A DNA stretch of 63,978 nt, filler included, from Intoshia linei (GCA_001642005.1; 6 parts of 6 records of this genome joined end to end with filler, not necessarily neighbours in it), one strand, 5' to 3'. Numbered from the whole stretch's first letter, positions 12,181 to 25,779 are shown. Translations and numbers: made by a program. The notes: generated by a model from the letters alone, not told the origin.

Positions 12181-14392
12181 TAAGGCGGTACCAATATCAA
12201 TTATGAAAAAATTACTGCTCATACAATAACATGTAATATGTGTAAAAATTAATTTTACTATGAATGTTTACTTTGTGTCAACAATAAAATAAATTATATT
12301 CTAATAAAATACAATCACGCGACGTAATTGTCATTACGCGTCATAAATTAAATATATTTTATTGCTAATTCTTAGCCAAATTTAAGTTGTTCACTTTACA
12401 AATCAATGATATTTGCAATTTCTGAATTTTAAGCTTTAAATTTTAGTGTTTTTTAACATTTTAAAAGAGAAATTTTTTGCTTTCAATTTTGAAAATCAGC
12501 ATAGTCTCTTAATGGTTAAGTATTTATTAAATTGGTACTGAATATATAGCATCACATTGAAAATGACAAAATAGGTTTTAATAATTTTATTTTTTCTGGA
12601 ATTTATGCTATTTATGACAATTATTTTTAAAATTCTTTATGCAAATGTTAACAAACAAAATTAAAATGGAATAATTCACTTTAAAGTAAAAAGTAATGTG
12701 ATATGACGGTTTCACCTGAAACAAGTTTGGAAACCACTCCTTTAAAGGATTGATAATAGTAAATAGTAGGATTTTTAAGTTAGATTTTCAACGTGAATTT
12801 ATTTTTTTGATAGAATAAAAATGTGCCCTCGGCAGAGCTAGGTGCTGTTTTTACGTAGTACATAACAGTGATCCTAGGAAATAAAATAGTTTGAATTAAA
12901 TTCATTTTTATTTGTAAAATAATTATTTTATCGAAATTACAATAGAAAAACATTACAAAAATATGGATTTTACGTTTTTTACCATTCATTTCTAAAATAA
13001 CAATATTCTCTCTAATTTTTAATATACATTGTCTTAACATTATAACGAACGTTCTCATAAATTTTGAATCTATTTTTGAAATATATATTTAGAATTAACT
13101 TTTAAATATTACATTTTAATATATTAAATTATTAATTACATTAATTAATTATTTTTTATTTTTTAAAAAATTCTATGTTCTGATAGCGCCAATGTATATT
13201 TAACTAAAGTGGCCAGAAAAATACGTACTATCACTTTTAGTTTATTTGAAATAAATTCTAAGCCAAAAATTTTTATTCGTCATCTTTAGGGCAATTTTCT
13301 ATTGACCTATAGAATAACAAAAAAACTGACCTAAAAATTAAATTTACTGACTTTATCTAACCTTTGGTTGTTTCTATGGTTAATACCAACTGAATCTACC
13401 GTACCCAAACCTTCCTTTCGTAGGCCTTAAATTAAATCAATACAAAATTTAATACACATTAATTTTACTATTCGCATAGAACACGATCATGATGGTGTCG
13501 GTCACTTTACATAATAAATTAATATGAATAAAACTTAAAATAAGGAATATTTATGCGTGTAATAATAAATATGAATAACAAGGAACTGCAAATGAAACAA
13601 ACGATGTAAATATAATTGTGTGATGTTAGAGATGTTGAAAATTATTAATGTTTATTGTAGTATAACATAATATACTTCTTAATATTATCTAGTAAAAATT
13701 GATGTTAAGTTATCTGTTTAGTTAGCAATTTTTTGAACAAACTGAAACTCCGTTCAACACTATTTGTGGTAGATGGCGCTTTTCTTCATAAAATTATTTT
13801 CTGGTGTGTGTTATAAAAAAAATGTTATTAGCCCTCCAATTGAAACAATTTCTAAATTTCGTACCTATATAATACAGGGTTGATCATATTATTATAATAA
13901 TTTTTTATATATTAATTTCATGGCTATATATTTTTTATTAACTAAACCACCATATTAATTTTAAGATACAAACAACTGTTGAATTATACTACATTAAGTA
14001 AAAAAGTTGAAAATATTTATAATTGTAAAATGATGATATACCTACCATACGTATATTTGACAAAATGAGTAACATTTTTCAGCAAATTTTTCAATAAAAT
14101 GGAAAATGTCTATTAAACAAATTTTTTATATTTAAATTTTAAATGATATACAAGTGAACCTTGTTTACTCATGGAATCTATTTCTTGATGAGTTTATTAT
14201 TTGTAAATGAATTTTTAAGGCGCAGATTTAGTGAATTGTGTTAAAAAATACGTCAAGTGTGTATTTTTAACACGAAAACACCTTTTGCCATCACTGGTAT
14301 ATATGGTTAAAATAACAAAGGTCAGATTACTAATTTTATAAAAATTTGTTGTTTGCACATGGAATTTCTCTATTATAATATGATCATTTTAG

Positions 14393-14701
14393 GTGGGTAT
14401 CAATTAGCACTGACTTCAAGGCTGATTTCCCTGAAATCATCAAATCTAAAGTGTACAATTACGATTATATTATTTTATAAAACTTAACAATTTAGAGTTT
14501 TTTCAACAGATTTACTTCGAATTTTACTTTTTTACATGTCCCCTATACAAAAAAATCTTTCCAATATTCTAAAACTGAACACAATCGAGGTAATAAATAA
14601 TTTATAATTAATATTTTGTAGTCTGAACCTCTAACTAGAAAAGAAGCTTATTTAAACGATGTTAACATTAATTACCACACATTCAAAACCTTTGTAAATA
14701 G
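14393..14701 (+). CDS. Three phase-compatible small exons of an unidentified gene or pseudogene
   Basis: Splicing gives WVSISTDFKADFPEIIKSKV-VFSTDLLRILLFYMSPIQKNLSNILKLNTIE-SEPLTRKEAYLNDVNINYHTFKTFVNR. The upstream candidate exon contains stops. No family recognised. Confidence 0.35.
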
Positions 14702-15854
14702 GTTTTTAATAATAATAATAATAAGTTATTATATATTTTAACTCAGATTGTAGTTTTAGAAATATAACCAATTGTGATTACTGTTATTGAAATAAACTTA
14801 GTCTTGTAGTATCTCAATGTGGACGAGTAATTAGCCACGGCTAAGTGAGTGTTCCTCCACGACATTACAATTATTAAAATAGTGGTTACTAAGAATTATT
14901 ATAAACTGGTTGCCAAAAAAATAGATTTTGTTGAATAAATTTAAAAATTTTGTTTAAAAAGTTAAATTCAATTAAAATAATTGAAGGAAAAATGAATGCA
15001 TTGAAATAAATAAATTAAAATAATAGCAATAAAAATTTAATAGAATTGGAGCTATAAATAGGAATAAAGGACAATGTCACTTCCAACAAGATAATACACT
15101 AAACAAAAAATTACAATATCAATATAATTTTTTCACGAAAAGGGGGTGGACATTAACCTGTGTCCTTATTCAAACTAATAAAAGTAGCCCTATGGTAAAC
15201 ATAAAACTTTTTATTGCGAACAAGATGGGGTGATTGAAATGTTTCAATTCTTAAAATGACCACCAACTTTTTGTATTTTAAAAATATCAAATTTTAAATA
15301 TGATAAATTAAAGAACATTAAGTTTATAAAAATAAATTTTGATGACAACTAAGATGAATCATACGTTAGATTATTCACAGGGCACCTTTAGGATTAATTA
15401 AAAAAAAAAAATTAAAAAAAAAACTGTCGTCTCACTATTTAGTCCATTGATTTCAAATATTACCATATTAAATATTAAAGACAAATATTAATGGTTATTT
15501 ATTTATAAATGAGACTGAATAACTCGTATTTATAATACATAAATATCAGATAAATTTACTAGAACCTTGATCCGAAATTGGAATGGAATTGTAAATTTCG
15601 GTAACTGAAAGTTTTCGTAATTAAAACAATTTGTGTTATTCACATCGTTGCGTAATCTTCTCTTAATCTTTCAAATCAACAAAACCATAGACTAATAAAT
15701 TATTATCTTTTTATTTATTTAATCTTCTGTCTCAAGTTTCGTGTTTAATCTACAGCTTAAATTCTTGGCTTAGACAATTAATGAATTTAATTAAAATAAA
15801 TAAATAATTTTACATATTAATTTAAAGTAGTATATTATTTTTTTAAAATAGATT

Positions 15855-16548
15855 ATGCCAGCATTTAAACCATTGAAAAAGGAGTGCAGATTATGGACAG
15901 GTTATCAAAATTCATTAGTAGAATTAAAAACTTTAACTACCATAGAAAAAGTTTTAAGTAGAATTCACTGTGCAACAAGTTAACAATGGATATCAATTGT
16001 CCCAGATAATTCCAATTATTGCCAGTGAGATATTTTAATGCTGGACTATGCAGGATATATCCGTTTAAAATAATAGAGCCATTATAAAACGAATTTGTTC
16101 TGTACTTCAAAGAAAAAAATTGTATACAAAATGTAGGGATTTATTCGACGTGATACCATCAAAACCTGAATTCAAAACACCTCAGGATAGAGTCTACTAC
16201 AATAATCAAAAAAGGTATTGGCTATTGTACTTTATCTATGGTGGAATATCAAATACATCCTTCAAAACGACCAAGAATTACTAAAAATAAGATACAGGGA
16301 ACATCGCAATATAGTGAAATTTTATTAGAAAATAATGCTGAGGAACAAATTCCACTTAATTCCCTTGATATACTTACAGGGAGTGTTAAAAATGATCAAA
16401 TGTCTACAGATCTGGCAGAAGAAATTCGTAAAAGGGTTAATTTATCATTATCTCAAACTATAACTGTTCTAAAGGTGATGTATAATACATTCGGAGACGA
16501 ACGAATGAAACCGCCAACAAGGAGCGCGTTGAATAAGTCCACAATGAA
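15855..16548 (+). pseudogene. Degenerate transposase-like ORF, possibly Chapaev/Transib/RAG1-related, cut by a gap
   Basis: IRKRVNLSLSQ-x12-G-x5-P has the same spacing as RAG1 [11 protein letters not shown]-x12-G-x5-P. Scattered Cys and stops upstream. Confidence 0.3.
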
Positions 16549-16648
16549 NNNNNNNNNNNNNNNNNNNNNNNNNNNNNNNNNNNNNNNNNNNNTTAATTAA
16601 TTAANNNNNNNNNNNNNNNNNNNNNNNNNNNNNNNNNNNNNNNNNNNN
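16549..16648. other. Assembly gap with artificial TTAATTAATTAA linker
   Basis: N-run, linker at 16593-16604, N-run. The linker gives stops in all six frames. Confidence 0.97.
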
Positions 16649-16859
16649 AAATTTGACATCGTATCTCATATATACAACTTTATGGTCTTTCATTCAACCA
16701 ATGATAACAAAAAAATTATCTATTTTAAGAGGTTTTATTTAATAATTAAAAAAATTAATTCTGTTAAGTAAAGTGTTAATATAGAAAAAATTCCACTATA
16801 ACGAAATTGATTAATTTTAAAAAATCAAAAATTCCGTTAATATGGACTTAGACTGTATT

Positions 16860-17260
16860 AATATCAATAATAAAACAAGTCTTTACCATCCCGTTGCATG
16901 AAAAATGTGCTATCAATACCGGTTGATTACACCTTACAATAAAGGGTGGATGACTCAAAATATTTTTAATGAATAATTAACCAATTTTAACAAGCAACTT
17001 GCAATTGAAAAACAAAAAATACTCTTATTTGTTAATAACTGCACAGTCCATATTTAGTCAAACAAAAAATAAAAATTGCACCAAGACTAACGTCAATGCA
17101 CAATCAAAAAAAAATTGTAATTTGCAAGAAAATATAACGCTACGGATTGGAATCAAATTTTTTTCTCAGATCAAAAGTGGTTTAATTAATAGTCTTAGAT
17201 TGTTGTTTTATTATTGGAGAGACAAAATATTGGTCCATTGTATATAACAAGACGACAATT
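16860..17260 (+). mobile_element. pogo/Tigger DDE relic
   Basis: KGWMTQNIFNE...KKILLFVNNCTVH, read across frameshifts. Confidence 0.6.
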
Positions 17261-17519
17261 TTATAGTGAAAGAATACATTAGTACACATACAAAAATACA
17301 AAATAACTATTTACTATCTTGTAGAAATAAATTTAATGTTTTTCAGTAAAACAACGCCTCGATTCATCAATCTAAAGTTGTTTCTCAAAATGGGCGATAT
17401 TGCCCACTTGGAAGCGGTTAAATATTTAAAGGGGTACTAAGGGAAGCGATGTGAGAATTTCTATAAAATTATAATAAATATGTCTCAAATAATAAAAAAC
17501 TCATAAATAAAGTAGAATT

Positions 17520-17700
17520 TTTTTGGCCAGGAAGTATGCTAATTTAGATATAAATTGGAATTCAGCCATATTCTCGACGAAAAAAAGTTCCATTTGGACG
17601 GTCCTGATGCATTATAATTTTATTGGTATAATTTGAAAAGTTCTGTACACATCAAATCGAAGCAGATATGTAATGGTCTGGGGGCATTTTCTCACTAATG
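17520..17700 (+). mobile_element. Tc1/Tc3 transposase relic
   Basis: DEKKFHLDGPD...YW...VMVWG motifs. Confidence 0.65.
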
Positions 17701-18195
17701 AAAATTTTATTACAGTAAAATCTCGTTTAAATAAAGTTTCATTAACTAAATTTCAATTACGTGAAGTTTATTTAAACTAATTTTGATACATATATGTATT
17801 AGGGCAGGGGTTCTCAATTGGGGAGAGAATTCCCCCAGTGTCATGTTCTCAGTTAATGGTATTTTCAAGATACGTTCACTTTGATTCATTCAAGAAAAAA
17901 ATTCCTTTTTTGTTCACCTCTTAAATCTACTATCAAGGCATCAAACATTTTTGACAATGTTTCAGCATTCTTTGAGGAAGAGAGTATTCTATGAAAAATT
18001 AAATTGAATTAATTAAATTAAAAAGAAATTATACAACACAGGCATAAAGTTGATGAAATGTTTAGGAAGCCAAAGTCGTAACACATACAAATTGTGTGGT
18101 TGTAAGTGGTATCATAATTTGAACATTTAAAAAAGTTTGTTGCATGATATGTATATTTTTTCACTGTTGTGTTCTACCGTAGAATTCACTCTTAA

Positions 18196-20108
18196 CCCTT
18201 GTGTCTGCGAATAAATAAATATGCGATAATCAATGAATATTTCCCGGGTAACAATGGAAATTTACACGTTTTTTTGCATGGATAATCAATGTTATTATTG
18301 TTTATAAGTTTGAAATAAAGTTGCCATCTGTTCTAAATGATAGATTATCGTCGATTTACAGATTTATAAATTATATATAAAGTATAAAAATGAATGAAAA
18401 TGGAAAGGAAGTGTCAGATCAACTATTTCGAAGGTTTGATGACTATTTAGTTACTATATTATCAAATATTTGTATTTATTTAGTATGAAATATGAACAAC
18501 AGACAGCTTATCCTCGATCCTTATTGGATAATTGTGAGGATTCAAAAAGCAAAATAGAAGAAAACGTCGAAAAGAGCATTCCAATATTTGATTCAAATGA
18601 CATAACTCAAAATGACTGTGTTTGCAGAATTTCAAGGCAGATGTTCAAGTTTCTGACACTACAATCGTCAGTAGTGGCATAAATATGGTAGCAAAGGATC
18701 AATCAGTTTGGAAAACAGACCCACCACAGTCTAATCAAGTAAGGAGACACCATGTTATACAACAGCAAGCTGGTCCAGCAAATTCAACTACAAATTTCTG
18801 AATCAAACAAATTTTCAAAGAAATATTCAGCGTTGTAATGTGCAGAATAATTGTGAAAGAAACCATCAGAAAGGCCAACATAACATATGCCAAGTGGAAT
18901 AAGGAACATGGTACCAGCATCCCAGAGTTTGGAAAGATTTGACCGAGGAGGAATTTGATTTTTAGCCATAATCATTACGGCTGGTGTAAGATATGCGAAT
19001 TACGAACATAGGAAAAAATTGTGGGCATCACATTCCTATCCATTATATCGAGCAGTTATGTCACTAACAAGATTTTAAATCTTATGTCGTTTTATTCGAT
19101 TTGATGATCCCCAAACAAAGAGCCATCTTTGTTGACCGACACAGCCACTGCAATAAGTGAGCTTTGGTTGATGTTGAATTCTAATTTGAAAACCAACTAC
19201 ACTCTATCGGAATGCCTCACTGTGGATAAACAGTTAATCCCATTTCGTGGAATAACGCGGTTTACGCAATATATCCTTCAAAACCGGCAAAGTATGGCAT
19301 CAAAGTTTGGTGGATATGTGATGCAAAGAGTTCATATTCACTTACTGGCCAAATATACACTGGTAAACCTTTGAAAGGTCGAGATGTCAATGAGGGAAAC
19401 GCGTAGTATAAGATTTATCTGTGCCATACAAAGGATCAGCGAGAAACGTTACGATGGATAATTTCTTCACTATTGTTCCATTGGCAAAACTCCTGATATC
19501 GAGGAATATATCGTGTGTTGGGACCATGAAGAAAAACAAACGGTACATTCCACCTGAAATGTTGGATACAACGAAAGAACCTTTGACATCAACTTTTGGC
19601 TTTTCGGATGATGGTCTTGTTAATATGTGCTTGTACGTTCCAAAGAAGTGAGTTTTGATGATATCTACTATGCATAATACCAAATGTTTTGGGAGATAAG
19701 CAAAAGCCAGAAATCATCTATTATTACAATTCAACCAAAGAAAAAGTTGAAAACATGGATAAAATGGTCACACATTTCACAACCAAAGGGCAAACACAGC
19801 GTTGGCCAGTTGCAATGTTTCACAATATGGTTGATGTAGCTTGTCTGGCATCGTTCATCATTTACAAAGAAAAAAATTCACGACTCACAAAGGCAACAAG
19901 CAGCAGGAATTAAAGCGACGTTTAGCAAGTAAGCAAATTAAATCCCGCAGTACAAATATGCACGTCACAAAGCATTTCTCCACAAAATTTGCAATATAAA
20001 GTATTTTGGGAAGACCAATAGTTCACACGATGTCACAAAACACAAAAATACAAAATTCAATCCAAGAAAATGGAAAAAAACAGATCATGGGGTGTTGTTA
20101 CATGTGCC
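18196..20108 (+). mobile_element. piggyBac element, pseudogenised, 3' end lost
   Basis: TTAA|CCCTT left end. Fragments LTVDKQLIPFRG, KPAKYGIK, VTMDNFFT, KPEIIYYYNSTK..V..MD, RWPVAMFHNMVD, and the start of the Cys-rich domain CYMC. Confidence 0.92.
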
Positions 20109-20560
20109 AAATTTTGGAGCCATTTATATCTGCGGATATTCCACTCTATAAACTGAACAACCCTAAAATTAAGGCCTTATTTAATAATATGGGTATTACA
20201 TTGCCATCTGAAAGTTCATGTCGTGGCTAACTATAACAAGTGGCAGTTGAATTTAATATGCCCCGACAGATAATTTTCACAATAGCTCAACAAAAAGAAC
20301 AAATTCTGCAAGAAAGTAACAATAATAAAAAATCTTTGAAAATCAGAAAAACATTTAAAAAAAAAACAAACGACCAAATGGATAAAGAAGTTTTTATGTA
20401 TTTCCTTAAATAAAGAGAATCCAAGCTTCCTGTATTTAATTATATGTTGCAGGATTATGGACAACAATACCTACAGAAAAATGATCCTACGAGTAAATTG
20501 AAATGTAGCTACGGTTGGTTGCAAAACTTTAAAAAGACATTTGCAATTTCAAGAAAATAT
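20109..20560 (+). mobile_element. Abutting fragments: CGGBP1-like hAT N-terminus, then Tigger CENP-B-type HTH
   Basis: FISADIPLYKLNNP...LPSESSCR, followed by KCSYGWLQNFK. Confidence 0.6.
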
Positions 20561-21766
20561 AGATTAGGCTTTACAAAACGTTGAATCATTGATTGTCTTG
20601 TCTAGTAAAATTGATATGGACTCAGAGTTGGATTTTTTAGAATAATACAAAAACAATTATAAGACCATTTCTAAATATTTAGATTAAATTTATTTTTAAA
20701 ACTTTTTCATCATAGTCGTTTAATTAAATTATATCACCATCATTTAAAATGTAATAGTATATTACAGTAGTGTCAGACTCAATTTGCTGGTCAGGCCAAA
20801 TGTTACACAAAAAAATATCTTCACTCAAATCATTATTACAGTTTTAATTAATTAATATAATATATATATACAGAAATGGGTTCAAAATTTTGTTATCATG
20901 TGGCCCGGATAATTGAACCCTGGTATACTACAGTATGATTATAAAATTATAGATTTTTAATTTTTTTAAATAACGAATAAATTAAAAACGCGGCAATATT
21001 CTGTATAAATTATGACCTTTTCGTATTTTTAAAAAATAAAATATAGCATATATTACTCTATTTTATACACAATACTCTATATCAATTCAATGTGAAGTTT
21101 TAATATTATCTCGAAATATAAAATTATTCCGCATATGTTAACATTGTACAATTTACATAATCGAGATTATACTGTATTATTAGAATTATTAGTAAGTCTT
21201 TTCAGGCAGTGTAGTAACTCGAAATAGTAATAATATACAGTACAAATGTAATTAATATGGTCAGCGATGTTGAGACGTTTTAGTCAAAACATTAAAAAAT
21301 CAGCAGAGATAAAAATAATTACTTTCCATATAATGCACAATTATAATTTTCACGGTGTGATATCTAAAATTAATATTATTATTAAAATTAATAATTTATT
21401 GGCCATCATAACACATCATATTAAGATGTCCTTGGGAAGATATGCCAGCGATTGGTATAATTTCGTAATTCACATCAACTCAAAATTCAAAACGTTTTGT
21501 AACCTCTCTAATACACCATGAAACAATGTATTCATATTAGATTCATGCGTTCAAATCCAACTAGCATAGTTGAGAAAAGGAAACAAATCACAAACTTTAT
21601 AAATTTACCAATAACAATGATATCATTACTGGATAATTGCAGATACTGTACTACGCCGTCAGATATCATACTAATTTTTACAATTACAGATTCATTAGGA
21701 TGTAGTTTTCCAGCATTTGAATTAATCACTCATATCATCCAATCCATCTCCAATAAATTTTATTAA

Positions 21767-21820
21767 CAGTGCGCGACAGCTATTATATGATCGGCAAAAT
21801 ATTTGCACTTAAACTCAAAT
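21767..21820 (+). repeat. Tc1/mariner-like terminal repeat, inverted partner of 28415-28464
   Basis: CAGTGCGCGACAGCTATTA...aaaatatttg.actt here; its reverse complement ends at 28464 and is followed by TA. Confidence 0.75.
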
Positions 21821-21970
21821 TTAAAAGAATTAAATCTGTACTATTGTCAATAACTAAACTTTAATTCCCACATTTTTCATACAAAATTTTTATCGATAAA
21901 AAATAAAAATGTCAAAGAATTTCAACTTTTGACGACTCAATAGCAAATAAAACTTCAAGTAGGAAACGTA

Positions 21971-22600
21971 GTGTATTTTACCAACGATGCCTACTTTTGT
22001 TATTACGTATGTAATACTTGTAGCCAATTTACTTCATTTAAATTAAACAGTATTAAGCAATCAAGTATTACGACCACACAAAATGGTCACAAATTGCGAC
22101 AAGTTGGAAAGTGGATAGTTGCATCTAAATATAATAGAAAATCCACCATTCAATATTTTGAAATAACACCGCATTCTCACACTATTGCTGGGCTCGAGTT
22201 AATATCAGCCTTGGAAATTAATCTTAATACAATTTTTATGAATTTTGTGTAATAGGAACTAAAAAATAATCCGATATATCTTTCAATAAAATGAAAAATA
22301 TATCTATGAATATTCAATTGAAAGATAATGCGGTACCAATTCTGTGTAAATGTCAAAATTTTCCTAGAGTAATTGAAGAGAAATGTATTTCTAAAATCAA
22401 GGAATTAAGTAATAATGGTATAATTAAAAGAATACATAAGAGTGAGTGGATTAGTGCTCTAGTACCAAGATAAAAAAAAGAATGTTCGGATTTGAGTGGA
22501 TTTAAAAGCCGTTAATAAAAATATAGATGTTGATACATTTCCATTACCATAAATAATGAGTATTTTAAATAAAACCAATGATTACACATTTTTAATATAC
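21971..22600 (+). mobile_element. Gypsy pol relic (end of protease to start of RT)
   Basis: IAGLELISALEI...IQLKDNAVPI...ELSNNGIIKRIHKSEWISALV. Confidence 0.75.
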
Positions 22601-22939
22601 CGAATAATACTAAATTGGATAAATATTTTGGTGGTCTATATTTTAAAAGGATATATTCTGGATACATTTCTAGAAAGATAGATTCAATGTTACAAAGATA
22701 CACGGTAGGCGAAAGCTCGTGGTTGGATCCTTTAAGTATAAATGCCCGTATTGTAATTTAAATATTTGTAGTTGGTGCAAATTGGAATCTTATATTATAT
22801 ATAAGCAAAATTCATTCATGTATGATTAGATGTATGTATCATATAAGTGAAGAAAATATTATCTCACATATACTTTCAGATTCAATCGAAGACAATTACT
22901 AGTGGACCAGAATAAAATAGATAGGAAGTAATATAAATA

Positions 22940-23977
22940 CCATTTTACAAGCTAAAACTAAAAATTTTAAAGATAGGATTTCGGTGCTTCTTACTGTAAA
23001 TATGTCCTGAACAGATAAACTAAAACCTCTTATAATTATGAAATCGAAGTTATCGCGGTGCTTTAGAAATTTCTAATATGAAAAACACATCGATTATTTT
23101 TTCGACGCGAAGAGTTAAATGACATCACAGATATTTAATAGCTTTTTAATAAAATGGAAAAAATATCTTAAAAAACAGAAACGAAAAATATGTTTATTTT
23201 TAGACAATTTCCCAGGTCACAAGGTGGTTCAGCTAAGTAAAATAGAAATTCAAATGCTTCCGCCTAACACAACATTAAAGCTTCAACCCCTTGATGGCGG
23301 TATTATAAGATCATTTAAAGCACACTTTAACTCACAAAAAATTGATGAAATATACAGTATAATAAAAAAATGTCAAAAAGTTTCAAACGCTTTTAAATCA
23401 TTGAACTTAAAAGATGCTGTTGTTTTTATTGATCTTGCTTGGTCGTCAGTTTCAGAATTAACAATAACAAAACTGGTTCAAAGCATGTGGCTGAAAAGAT
23501 TCCATCTCAACATCTACAAAAAATGATTCTTTGATAAAACTTGATAATTTGAGGACAGAATACAAAATTTTTTTTAAAGAAGAGGATATTCCAGACAGTA
23601 TACCTTAAAAAATTTTGTGACACAGATTTTAATGAAAATAATGGAACTTGAATTTTAAACAACATGATGTCAATTGAAGAAAGTGGTAAGAATGAAAAAG
23701 CAAATTTATCTCCAGATTTTTCCAAAGAAAAAAGTGATTGCGTTAAAGTAATTACTTATTCTGATTGCTTAAAAAAAGTTGAAAAAATTAACAAATATAT
23801 TTCACAAAATAATAATTTTTCTATTGATCGAAATAAACGGCTTATCCTTTTAAGAAAGTCTCTAATCTCTTTAAATAAAAAGAAAAACGGAATTAAAGCT
23901 TATTTAATTAAAAATTTTTCTTAAATTTACGTTTTTTTTTAAAAACACTAGAAACGTAATTATTAGAGAATTGACTG
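22940..23977 (+). mobile_element. pogo/Tigger element, 5'-truncated sibling of 46580-48382
   Basis: Near-identical to 47320-48382; LFLDNFPGH and LPPNTT..LQPLDGGII motifs; right TIR ends ttgactg|TA. Confidence 0.93.
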
Positions 23978-25254
23978 TAAATGCGAAGTTGTAATAGTTA
24001 TTATTATAACATTTTTAAATATTCATATTTAGTTACCCAGAATTTATAACTCAACACTACATTACAATTTGATTAAAATTAATATAAATTAATAATGAAT
24101 ATAATTACGTACTATCAATAAATTAATGTATTTATCATTCCATTGTCACTAATTTTTCCGATGTTATATCTGATTGTATTGGTTTAACTAATATTGGAAA
24201 ACATAAAATTCATCTTATTAAAAAACCTATATTTAAAAACATACGATCTTTTCCAGTTAAATTCGATTCAAAACTAAAATAAAAATATGTTTTTGTTATA
24301 ATGGTTGTTGAGTTTGTAAATTTGATATGCCAAAAACTACTAGAACACGCTCACCTTTCTCCTTGAGAATCAATTTGCATTTGAAGAAAATTTTATCTTC
24401 GTCAATTTTTATTTTTTTATCTTTTATCATTAATATGTTATCCTAATTTTGTTTAAATTTTTGATGGTACCTCAGATTTTTTAAATAGAACGCATAATTG
24501 TTCATTAAATCTCTAATTTTGACTTTTAGTAATCATAATGGAATCGGTCCCAGAGTGCACTTAATCCATAAATAATATAGTTATATTGCAGTTTTATCAC
24601 AATAATAAGATTTTCGTTGTGAATAATACACACAGTGAAGTACTTTCCATTTCTAAAAAATATCTTCCCATTACTTTTTTTATAGTAGATAATCCCGATA
24701 AATTACTAAACGATTCACTAACCACTAATCCATAAGGACGCGTCCACCTCATACTTTTTTTGAATAATTCATTCTTAAATCTCGACATTTCAGTTTTATA
24801 TCATTAATTTACTAATTATAAAATTAATAAATGAATAAAATATTGTAATAAAGTTTTAATTTTAGGTGGGATTAATTTCAATTAAATTTCACATATTCGT
24901 GATCAGTGCATAAAAACACACCTATATGCAAATATACTTTTCGATTTTTAAAAAAATGAAGATCGACAGTAATAATCCGTGGAAAAATTTTAAATAAAAT
25001 ATTTATGTCAAAAAAAATCTATCATATTGGTCCTAAACATCATGCTTCCTTAGTGATTCAATTTTATCATCAATCGGTCGCATTTTTTCACCCAGGATTA
25101 ACAAACACATTTTATAATATTCGTAGTAAATACTTTTGGCCATATATGTACCGTAATATAAAAGCAATTTAGAAAAATGCATTGACTGTATTTTAAATAA
25201 GAATTATAATAAGTGAAATAAATTAAATCATGTACAAACTCTTAATTTGAATAA

Positions 25255-25685
25255 TCTTGGCAAGTAGATGTGTTAGGACCGTTACCTGAAACCACAAATT
25301 TGAACCAATATATTCTAGTGATGGTAGATCACTTATCGTATTAGATACAAGGTGCGACTTTATCTAATATTGATGCTTTTACAATTGCTGATGTGTTATC
25401 TCACATAATTTGAAGATATGGTCCGCCCAGACAAATTCATTTAAGGTTAATGTGATGTCCAGATAATGTAAATTATATAATATAAACAAAACTCATTCTG
25501 CATCCTATACACCATCAAAATTGGTTGGTAGAACGTAATAATATTACTATACGAAAAAGATTACGTATTTAATGATCATAACCAATGGGATGTATTATTA
25601 TCGTGTGTTCTTATGGGTTTACGATCTACCACATTTGCACTTACAAGTGTGCCTTCTACTCATATAGTTTTAGGATATGATATGT
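25255..25685 (+). mobile_element. Gypsy integrase relic
   Basis: VDVLGPLPET...YILVMVDHLS...RYGPPRQIH...LVERNN...QWDVLL. A further pre-RT scrap lies at ~24140-24280. Confidence 0.8.
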
Positions 25686-25779
25686 ACAATAATACAAATT
25701 TGATAGAATTAAGTTAATAGATTAAATCAGTTTTCAAAAGAATTTTCACAATAAAAGAATAAAAAAGAATTCATTATAT

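Larger units (their letters stand above)
10150..12877 (+). mobile_element. Longest copy of repeat family A (non-autonomous Helitron-like), with nested insertions
   Basis: About four diverged ~125-140-bp internal subunits; interrupted by a hAT (10740-11735) and a minisatellite-bearing insert; ends ctaggtgctgtttttacgtagtacataacagtgatcCTAG. Confidence 0.65.

Noticed and set aside
13275-13620. Minus-strand spliceable segments ending ...IVFYANSLRKE...DDE* (GPCR TM7-like)
   Set aside because: In-frame stops upstream and no NPxxY motif; too weak to call.
13768-13782. TAGATGGCGCT, a CTCF-like motif
   Set aside because: A related context recurs at ~45060, suggesting a repeat fragment; a single short match is not evidence of an insulator.
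16593-16604. Recurrent TTAATTAATTAA palindrome (five times)
   Set aside because: Always centred in a 100-nt N gap; a scaffolding linker, not biology.
21400-21760. Candidate continuation of DENND4 beyond the TIR-bounded block
   Set aside because: All three phases after the candidate acceptor hit stops within a few codons and show no DENND4 motifs; at most an unrelated decayed exon.
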